Positions 9,872 to 20,100 of a DNA stretch of 64,000 nucleotides are shown piece after piece (within the stretch, counting starts at the first letter, position 1; each line of letters begins with the position of its first letter). The DNA is from Lytechinus pictus (lineage: Eukaryota): assembly GCF_037042905.1 (NCBI RefSeq), contig NC_087249.1, positions 39,184,001 through 39,248,000 of the forward strand. The letters are read 5' to 3'. Both the position numbers and the translations under genes were made by a program. The notes under the pieces are model-generated. The model ran no database searches and was not told where the DNA came from. It was given only the letters and a program-made list of their open reading frames with translations.

Positions 9872-12825
9872 CCTTATATATAGTCAAGGTTATAATTGAG
9901 TATCAGGAGAATCTAGTTGAGATTACAAATGAGAAACCTCTGGAAAGTGACTTTGTTCATTTCTCCTTTACAGATGCCTTTCAGTAGTATCCATATACCG
10001 CAAGCAAAGTACTGTCGAGTGTAAGATTCTTTCTGTTTCAGTCAGTGCATTGAAGTGTTGCCCACGCAAAAAAAACTTGGAATACTTTGTATCCTGCAGT
10101 CTGAGGTAAAAAAAAGAAAATCATTGACTTTTAACACTGTACAATGTGTCTGTTCATACAAGGCCAAGGCTAAATATCTACTTTTGAGAGATTTTGAGTA
10201 GGTGTAATTCTATACTGATTAGCAATGAATTGATAAGTAATTCTGTTAAATGCCATTAATTATGATTATCCTCATTAACATCATCTCCATCTTTTTAATC
10301 AATTATTTCTTGAGTATTTATGATATAAATTGATATTATTGGGGTTATCATTCTTTTTTATCACCATTATTACATTATTCATGTATTATTAATTTGTTTG
10401 TGTATGAAATGATAATAATTGCTTTTTATTTAAATAAGCGGTAATTTTAAAACGAAATTCAATCTTTGTCATAAAATGATGTGTCAAAGTGAAAGAAAAT
10501 AAGAAAAGAGAATAGTGAAAGTTTAGCTTATATTTGGCCGTAATAATAAAATTCATCAAATGTGATTGAAACTGTCTTTTTGTTACCGTCACTGCATTTT
10601 TAAACTAAATGTAATTATACTGACAAAGATTTTGTTAATGATATAAATTTGTTCAATCCTTGGCCCAATAACTTTTGAACATTTTGTATCCTGCAATTGA
10701 GAATAGAAGACTGTTCATACTGAAACACTATAATGCCTTTATATACACCAAATGGTTATTTGCAGTTTGCATAAAGATATAGACAAATCCTGATGCTTTT
10801 GAAGTATATTGTATTTCTAAGAAAAGAATAAAGTACCAAAATAATGCAAAGTTTGATGTATTCAAATTTCTTACCAAATTGATTTGATTCTACAGAAAAT
10901 TTTCCCCTTTATTTTGCACATTACACATGTTTTTTTGTGTCTAATGTTGAGATTTGATGTAATCTTTATGTAAATGCAAAATCTATTTAGCTTAAAGTTT
11001 TGAGTACTCTTGATCTCATTGATAAGTACATACATGTATTTAGTCATGTGCTCGTACATCAGATCAATGTACTCGAATTCACAGTTGAATACCTACATGT
11101 AATTGTAATTAAACTCTCGTTTTTCATCTTATTTTGACATACTTTTGCAAATTGAATTCCATCTAATTTTATCTTATGATACTAAATAATGAAGGTATAG
11201 TATAATTCATTATCATTTTAATAACACACTGAAGTTTAGATTAAAACCTTCATTCATTTAGTAGCTTTCTCAATTATAATTTTAAACTGGAAAAGTGTTT
11301 ACCATATGATTAGTGATGAAAAGATTTTTCAAACTTGAATTTGCTTCAAATCAACCTCATCAAACAGATCACCTGTAATTCAAAATACAGAAGAAAAAAA
11401 TTTGTCAAAATTAGAATACTCATTCACTGTCAATTCAAATGATTGTTTGCTTTTTGCATACAGATTATAAAAATTAAGACCTAGTATTCTATAATAGAAA
11501 TACATATTGTTTTAATTTCCAGTTTAAATATGCAATCTAACTATCTAAGTTTGTTTTATTAGTATTTCAATTTTCAAAACAGTTAATGTTCACTATTGGA
11601 AAAAATGATATAATAAATCACACATTCAAAATTTTTATAGAAAATTAATACAAAAATTTCATAGACAACCATTTTCATTTCTTTCATTTATATTACAAAG
11701 CAAAATTGAATATAGTTTATACACTATTTTGCCTAACAAATTCCATATTGTATTATTGCCAATAATAAATTAAATTCAATTCTTTACCCAAAATCAAAAT
11801 TTGACAAACTTATCAAATAAATAAAAGAATAATTTTGAAATAAATTGAATTCTGTATATAAATGCATTGAATGACTTTCTTTCATGAGATACCAAAAATA
11901 TATCACCTACAAAGCCAGCTTATTATAGCACCAAGTCAAGTATATTAGATAATTTTTGATATCTCATTATAAAAGCATCCAATATGGTTAGAACTACTGT
12001 ATATATTTTCTGTTTAATCCTATCATTATGTGTATGCAAAATATCCATGCTTTCTTGAGTGCATCATACAGTCCTTAAGACTCTGCATAAAATCATACTA
12101 TATAAAGAGAAAATGAATTGTACTGGAAGTACATGTAACGCATAATTGGTAGACAAGAATAAAGAAAATAGATGGAAGATATTATTTGATAGAAAGAATG
12201 AAGCTGTATACAGTAACATCCAGAACTGTTCACCTTCTCTTTTTAGAGTATGATTTCAATGCAATGTCTACACATGTATGATTCTTTGAGCACCCATTAT
12301 CTAGAATGCAAGATAATTTGCTTTTCCTAAATCCTATATTTAAGTATATTGTTAGTTTCCCTTTCCTAGTGCCGTTCTATAGGGAGTATAAGCGACTTAT
12401 TTACTGTTGAGGCTTTCCTCGATCGCACCACCATACTCCAATACTAGGCACCGTGTTTCTTTATTTCAATTGTGTATGACCGAAATTCTGTATTCATACG
12501 CCCTATTAGGACTGTTGGACTTCAGCCACTGGCTTCGGCACGTACTAGCCCAGAATTTTTCTAACAGGTCATATTCACAAGGGTACACTTAATACATCAA
12601 TTTAAAATAAATCCAAACCTAATGTAGTAAAGAGAGCAATCAAATTCTGGATTAAATTTCCAACTTATAGAATTGTTTTTAAATCTCAAAAATTTTGAAA
12701 TTTAAAATTAAATCTATAAGTGTCAAAATAAATCCAGTATTTAACTGTTTCTAACTACAGTCAGTTTGGATTAATTTCAAATCCATGCAATGTAGTGTGT
12801 CTACTAACAATTCTTCAAGATGAAA

Positions 12826-12952
12826 ATAATCTATTGAAGAATGAAGATAATCTATTGAAGAACGAAGATAATCTATTGAAGAATGAAGATAATCTATTGA
12901 AGAACGAAGATAATCTATTGAAGAATGAAGATAATCTATTGAAGAACGAAGA
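12826..12952. repeat. 21-bp tandem minisatellite (taatctattgaagaa(t/c)gaaga), about 6 copies
   Basis: Read directly. It lies just downstream of the predicted Helentron TSS on the minus strand. Confidence 0.92.
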
Positions 12953-12979
12953 ATACATGTAACTTCTGCTACTATTGGC

Positions 12980-13605
12980 GTCAATGAAATATCTGTCAAA
13001 TTTCACTCCTATTTATACATTTTACAGAGACCCTCTGCACCAAGTTTTCATCCAATCAAATTGTCTTCCTACAAACAACCAATCACCTTTAAAGACAAAA
13101 AAAAGAACCAATCAAAATCAAGATCCAAATGTTCATTAAGCTCATTTGAATATGCAAAATTTATTCATGGCCACTCCTCAGGTGTTTATCTCGAATTAGC
13201 AGCTGTTTTTAACTGAAAAACAACTTTTACAATGAACAAACAAGAAATGTACATTCAAACAAACAACATTTCTAATGTATTACATTTTTAGGTCAGTGCA
13301 CTTGTACTTTCATGACCACAACATTCCCAAAGGTCAGCTAACCCAAACTTTAACATAATCTATACAAAACAGGACCCTAACCTCACACTTTCAACCAATC
13401 ACTGTTCTTGAGATTTGCCTATAATGCAAATAAGGATCCTAAGCACACTTGTGTCAACCAATCACTAAACATATATATCATCCAATCCCTTCACAGCAAA
13501 GTCCACCAATTGCATTGCTTATCTATTCTGCACTGACTAATTGGAAATGACACTAAATAATAAAGATAACTATTTGCATATAATTTGTATATTATGCAAA
13601 TAATG
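12980..13605 (-). promoter_or_regulatory. Putative Pol II promoter of the Helentron: TATA box, Inr, clustered CCAAT boxes and octamer motifs
   Basis: Minus-strand TATAAATA at 13010-13017 and Inr-like TCATT with +1 at ~12985, 32 bp downstream. CCAAT at ~13052, 13079, 13108, 13395, 13458, 13482 and 13506. Octamer ATGCAAAT/ATTTGCAT at ~13424, 13572 and 13594. Confidence 0.55.
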
Positions 13606-13621
13606 ATTTAGTTTTATGCCA

Positions 13622-13658
13622 ACCTAGAAGGAATCTTCAAAACAGATTCCTTCTAGGT
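13622..13658. other. Perfect 14-bp stem-loop, candidate Helentron terminal/subterminal palindrome
   Basis: ACCTAGAAGGAATC (13622-13635), 9-nt loop, GATTCCTTCTAGGT (13645-13658). Confidence 0.7.
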
Positions 13659-13799
13659 CTGCATACAATTCAACTTTTTCATGCCTTTACCCACCATACA
13701 TTTATGTGACCCTATTCTCATTAAAATCCTAAAACTAGTTTAGTCCAAACTACTGTAATAAAGGTGCACTAATGTGAATTAGCAATCTTCCAAACCAAT

Positions 13800-15688
13800 T
13801 TCAAATGCACCATCCCAAGAAGCCAATTGATTTTGAGGTCAAATTAATAGATTTAAATTTTTTTTTGGTGTGTCGATAGATGACACCAAAATACACGCCA
13901 AGTTTAGAGTCCGCAGGTCAAAGGTCAGACCTCATTAAATATGCGAGATGGTTTCCGCATGATAATTTATAAAATACCCAACAGATTTAAAAAGTTTGTG
14001 GTATGCAGGTTGATCAAACCAAAATACAGGCTTAACTTCAAATTCAGAGTCCGCAGGTCAAAGGTCACAGCTCATTAAATATGCAAGTTGGTTTCTGCAT
14101 AACTTATGAAATATTCAAGAGATAGAAAAAAAAATTGGTGTGTAAATAGATGACACCAAAATACAGGCTTAAGTTTTAATTCGGAGTCCGCAGGTCCAAG
14201 GTCGCAGCTCGTAAAACTTGCAAGTTGGTTTCCGCATGATCACTTCTGAAATATTCAACAGATTTAAAAAGTTTTTAAGGGGAAGGTTGATGACCCCAAA
14301 ATACAGGCTAAGTTTGAATTCAGAGTCCGCAGGTCAAAGGTCACAGCTCATTATATATCCAAGTTAACTTTCGAAATATTCACCAGATTTAAAAAATGTT
14401 TAGTGTCTCAATAGATGACATCAAATGACCTGACTTTCATATCTTCTATTAGAGATTATTATACAAAGGGCGAGCGAGTCTTTAGGTCAAAGATCTAAAT
14501 TTCTTCATTATACAGTGCGTATCAAAAAAAAGTTTACACTTAGAAAATTATACATTTGTCATATCCTGAAGATTTTTCCACATTTTAACATTTGTACAGA
14601 TCCATTTAAGCAAATGACTATATAACTGTCAAAAAACATTTCCACTTGAGTGAGCACCACTTACTTTTCAAAAGTTAGTCAATAATGATTCGCACAGAAC
14701 TTTCAAATAGTTATGCGAATAAAAGTAGACCTTTAATAATCATGAATAACACGTCGAATTTAGCTAGTAAAATTGATTGTAAGATATATTTTACCTTTTG
14801 TATTTTGTTTCCTTTCCCAAACTACTTCAAGGTGTGCATTGCACCCCACCCCACACACCGAGGCCATTGTGACAATATTTGCTTTACACTTACATGTAGC
14901 TGTGATTTACATAAAATGGCTTAGGCTTGATTTTCATTTTGTCAATCATTGTCAAGCTTGGGAAAAGTGTGGAGAAACATGTATTTAATAAAAAATGAAA
15001 TGTAAACCCACTATAAATGATAAAAACTTAGTGAAAAAATACTACAGATATCTGGTATAAACTTTTGTTCAGATTCACTTATGTCCTCAGATCCAGCTGA
15101 CACAAAAAGAGTAAAGGTTGTGTTAATTAAGTGTTAAAATTTCAATTTGAGTGGTAAAATGGTTAGAAAATGCTTGAATGTATCCGATTTATTTCAATTG
15201 ACTTAAAGTGCAAGGAAAATGTAGGAGAAATGTTTCGCAGGGTAAGTTTGATTTCGCCCTTTCCCCTTGACACAGCGTACAAACAAGCATTTCTGTGCAA
15301 ACAGATTTCTGCGAGCTTTACAAATCGGACAGTGCTCACTCAAGTGTAACATTCTGTCAAAACTTTTACTTTCATTGGATAGATGAGACCCAAACCCATG
15401 ATTATATGTCAAAAAATTACCCACATGGTGTATATTTTTTACTTCCCAGGGCGTTTTCAAAGTGTAAACTTTTTTTGATACGCACTGTATATATGCATAT
15501 TGGTTTCTACATGATTTTAAGTTCAATCATATTGAATGAATTTGTGATTACATTAAGCGAGGGCGTCTGTATCCTTTAGACAGGTCATATTTCTAGTTCA
15601 ATTATTCAATACCCGTTTTCAAACTCAGCACTGCTGCTTGCTCTGATCGCGCAATGCAGGCGAGACAGCCAGAGGCGTTCCACTTGTT
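13800..15688 (+). mobile_element. HINE-like (non-autonomous Helentron) fragments with ~139-bp internal tandem repeats, ending in the family 3' terminus
   Basis: gagtccgcaggtc(a/c)aaggtc recurs at ~13907, 14047, 14184 and 14322. The 3' end ...tgcaggcgagac..ccagaggcgttccacttgtt (15655-15688) is shared with 25732-25765. Confidence 0.55.
14513..15487. mobile_element. Tc1/mariner-type MITE
   Basis: ~29-bp TIRs CAGTGCGTATCAAAAAAAAGTTTACACTT and its reverse complement, flanked by TA (14511-12 and 15488-89). Confidence 0.9.
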
Positions 15689-15805
15689 ATTTTGTTCAAT
15701 TTATTTTTCTAATTTTTGTATTATTCTGCATGTAATTAGTAATATCATGTTTATTTGTTAAGTTATTTTCAAAAGTTTGTATTATTCTGCATGTACAGTA
15801 ATTGG

Positions 15806-16465
15806 CAGAGCCCTGGGAACAATTTTTGAGTGGGGGTGCTCAGTGAATTTAAAAAGGAAAAAAAAGTTTTCACTACAAAATGGAGATAATGTTGGTCCCG
15901 AAAAAAAAAGAAAAAAAGGGGTTTTCTCTAAAAAATTGAGATCACATTGTTCCTGAGAAATCTGAAATAGGGTTTTCACCTACAAATTGGAGATGATATT
16001 GGTCCCGAGAAGTTTGAAGAGCAAAAAAAAAAGGAAAAAGGTTTCACTACGAAATGAAGGTCATTTTGGTTAAATTTTTACACATCTTCCAGAATACCTG
16101 GGGTGCTGCCTACATGTACATGTAGATGGAGAATAATACACGCAGCACCCCAAGGTAATTTTGGTGGGGGCGTCGTGGTAAAGACTCTTGTCTTTCAATC
16201 TGAAGGACGTGGGTTCGATTCCCAGCCAAGGCTTGTTTTCCTTCAGCAAGAAATTTACCCGCATTGTGCTGCACTCAACCCAGGTGAGGTAAACAGGTAC
16301 CGGCAGGAAGTAATTCCTCAAAAAGCTGTGTGCACCGGAATCGGTAGACTAGCTAAGCTGGGGTAATATAGGAGGGCCTTGAGCACCTAGCACTTAGGTG
16401 GATTATGGATACATGCACTATACAAATCCTATATTATTATTATGGCCCTGCTTCCCAGGGCCATG
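15806..16465. mobile_element. hAT-like MITE containing a nested SINE
   Basis: Imperfect TIRs cagagccctgggaa / ttcccagggccatg. 8-bp flanks gtaattgg and ataattgg (one mismatch). Confidence 0.55.
16166..16443 (+). mobile_element. tRNA-derived SINE; partial copies at ~31115-31290 and ~44262-44450
   Basis: tRNA-like head with B box GGGTTCGATTCCC, conserved body gcaagaaatttaccc..attgtgctg..ctc.ac.caggtgaggt shared by three loci, and a (TAT)n tail. Confidence 0.8.
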
Positions 16466-17104
16466 ATAATTGGTGAGGGGGGGGGGGGGGCACTTACATT
16501 GACGAGTGGATACTGGATACCATGTTTGACCTCAAAAACATGTAAAAAGGATCTGTTTTTGCAAGAAGATGTTACGTATGTAACGTAGTAAGGGTGTAAA
16601 AAACACTAAAAAAATGAAAAAGGGTATATATTTCGCTAGGAAACTATGTGTTTACAGTCCAATTTGCGAGGGTACAAAAAGAGTAAAATACTTTATAAAG
16701 GATGTTCTTTTTGCCCCAACACTGCATGTTTAGGGTTCGCTTTGAGCGAGGTGTGTGGGGTTGTACTCAACCCAATGAAAGTAAAGGTAAAGCCGACGTC
16801 CGTGACATAACAATTAAGATATAGTTGTACTTGTTTTAATGGGGGGTTAATTCAGGGAATATACTGTCAAGGGTACCATTTAAATTAGATGTTGATGTTG
16901 CTGGCCATCCATAGTTGTGGTTGATCGGATCAATCGCAGCTCTTTGTAAGACAGGGCCCTGCACTTGATTTTTTAAAATGCAACCCTTTCTGCAATCTCC
17001 CCTAGCTAGGCCTCTTAATTAAAGTTTTTTTTTTTATAAATTTCCATGGATCTATGACAAACTCCTCACTCTTTGCATCATTTCTCTTTTGTATGTGTAT
17101 CCAG

Positions 17105-20100
17105 ACCTCAGTCAACAATGTCACAACTCCGGCCCCAGCCACAGGACCGGTCACCCAGCTGGTCAGTGCACCAGTGGCCCCGGCCGCCACCGTTCGACCA
17201 GCTACGGCAAGTGAGGTCATCCAGCAGCTGGTCCAGAAGGAACAGCAGAAGCAGCTCCAGAACAAGACCATTGCCCAGTTGGCACTGATACTGCAGTTAC
17301 AGCAACAACAGCAACAGCAGCAGGTTCAGCAACAGTCTCAACAGCCCTTGGTCATGTCTACTCTGCAGGTACAGTACACAAATAATGAATGTTTATGAGT
17401 GCAATGGACAGAATACTTCATGAGGTGAAAGATGAAATGATCCATTCAACGAGGCGTAGCCGAGTTGAATGGATCATACATTTCATCTTTCACTGAATGA
17501 AGTATTGTGTCCATTGCAAGAATGATAAGAACATTCATTATTTGGTTTACATGTATATGACACCTAAAATAGATGCTTTTTCATATGACATTTATGAATT
17601 TCGATGCAAAACATGTTAATGCAGTGCGAGCTCCGTCTGTTGATTGTCGCGTACAGCGAGTATGCAGCAGTCTCGGTGCGCGCGTGCAATGGATCCAAAA
17701 TTGCACGGTTGATGACGTCATTGTAAAATGGGCTGAATGATCGATGTCAAACAACCAATCAAATGACAAGGATCTATCTAGGTGTCATATGATACAAGAC
17801 GATCCTTCTTTTTAAATACATGCACATGTTGGTACCAGTTGAGCCTTTTTAGTGAGTTCTCAGGGAGGGCAGGCAAATTTGCTTTATCTTTTGGTAATTG
17901 GGTCATTTTGATGGCAGTTAGCACTGGTCAAATTGAACATGGCAGGGAAAGAATGGTAAATTGTAAATGGTGGTGATTTTTTACCTGATTGCTAACAAAG
18001 CATGCAACCGTTGCAACCAGATTACTGATGGCTTAAGGTCCTCTCCAAGGGACCTGGTAATGAGGATTAATGCCTTACCAAAGGGCACTAGCGCACCAAG
18101 TGGGAGGATTAGGCAGGCAAGGGGCTAATTTAGCCCCAAAGAGAGCTGTATGGAAACTAAAAAAAGTCACCTGAAATTCCTATAGGGTCCAATGAAAACT
18201 GTAGGCCTACATAGAAAAATTTAGCTGGTTAGCTAAAAAAGAAGCCCTGGAAAGTTCTTGCATGAATTTTTCACATGAAACATGATATTGGGTTTGAAAA
18301 GTAAAAAAAAAAAAAAAATCTTTATTACAGACTACTACACAACCACAGATCACAAACCAGTTGCAGCAGCAGAAGGTCGCATCTGTTTCCCAACAGCGAC
18401 AGCCTATGCAGCAGAAGGTCATTCCGTTGTCCCTTCAGAAAACGACCATCCCGAATGTCCAAGTAATCAAACAGGAGACCAAACCCACTGTCACCACAGT
18501 CCCACAGGTAAGGAGATTTGTTATATAACTTGACAACCTACAACGAAATTATGAATTAAAAAACAAAAATGTCTGGATACGGAAGTGATGATTTGGTCGA
18601 GTATTATGAAAGGGATTTAAAATTTCAGAAAACAAGTATGTGTATATTGGATCAAGGTGGTTTTTCTCAAAGATTTTTTTTGTTACTTATTATCTTGGTT
18701 AAATTCCCAGTTGTATACGGTATGTATAACACATCACTGCATGCATCAGATCATGCTCAGGGGATGTGTACACAGAACAATGTACCATCACGAATATTAC
18801 ATGTAGGTCCACAGTATAGATGTTGGTTGGAGTGTTCTGTGATTAATCCAGATTCATATCGAGTCCTTATCAACATGAATATCATTAAATACAATTTATT
18901 TGATACATCTAATGAAGACTCTTTTTATGCAGCAAATCATTCCAGAGTATGGACCAAACATTTTTTTTTTTGGGGGGGGCTATTATTTTTTGCATAGTCG
19001 AATGCCATTAAGAGCCAGGATTTGCCTTTTTTTAACACCCCCTTCCCCCAATCTCTGTTTTTCTCTTTTCAGCTGGTCATCCAAACTTCACAAAATGGCA
19101 ACGTTGGGAACGTTGCCATTGTTGGCTCCACCATGGCAACCGTCTCCAGTCCGATGATTAAGTCCACAGAGTCCACCACCACCACGAACTCCGTGTCCAA
19201 GATTGCCATCCCACCTCTCTCCTCCTCGCCTAATGGGGGCGCCATGCATATGGGAAAGAAGCCTGAGAAACGCAAGTCCCACAATGCCATCGAACAACGC
19301 TACCGGAAGAGCATCAATGGCAGGATTGAGGATCTCAAAGTCATGCTATTCAAAGAGAATAAGAAGGTGAGGAAATTGTGTTGACAATTACAAAATGGTA
19401 TTGGAAAAAATTTTGAGGCAGCACTGAACTTGTGCAAATGATGCATTGACCCCTCTCAAGCAGTTGAGATTTATCTTTTGTACAATCAGTTTATATTTTT
19501 ACTATCCTACCAGGTATCAAAGTCACACACTTCAGAAGGCCATATATCATCTGATTGGTCTGAGGAAGATGTGTATCACTCAAGCAGTTGAAACTCATCT
19601 TTGATAATTGGTTTATATTTATAACTATCCTACCAGGTATCAAAATCCCATATATGTTACGTTGCAATCACTCAAATCAACTGAGATTCCTCTTTTATAT
19701 TCAGTTTATATTTATGACTATCCTACCAGGTGTCAAAGTCACACACACACTTCAAAAGACCATAGATCATCTAGTTGGTCTGAGGAAGATGTGTATCACT
19801 CAAGCAGTTGAGATTCTTATTTGATAATCAGTGTATATTTATGACTATCCTACCAGGTATCAAAGTCACACACACTTCAGAAGGCAATAGATCATCTAGT
19901 TGGTCTGAGGAAGATGTGTCAGACTCTCAAGCAGGAAAACATCAATCTTAAAGCAGAACTTGACAAATACAAAGGAATAACCACAGGTAAATTGACAATT
20001 GCTTTTCTGTTTTGTTCACAATTCAGCCTTGAAACTATCCTATGAAAAAAACTTAACTTATTTTGTGGAAACTGTTGAGTAAAGTGTTTAAATATACTTT

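Larger units (their letters stand above)
1..13665 (-). mobile_element. Helentron (endonuclease-bearing Helitron2-type) rolling-circle DNA transposon; left (3') end lies outside the window
   Basis: Encodes HUH Rep, PIF1 helicase and AP endonuclease in one reconstructed frame. A perfect 14-bp hairpin at 13622-13658 is the likely 5' subterminal structure, and there is a minus-strand promoter at ~12985-13600. The right boundary is inferred from the hairpin. Confidence 0.85.

Noticed and set aside
12751-13006. ORFs with SSIDYL and SSFFNRL repeats
   Set aside because: Translations of a 21-bp minisatellite with no evidence of coding function.
16166-16230. tRNA gene
   Set aside because: The D arm and acceptor stem are incomplete and the sequence runs into a repeated SINE body and (TAT)n tail.
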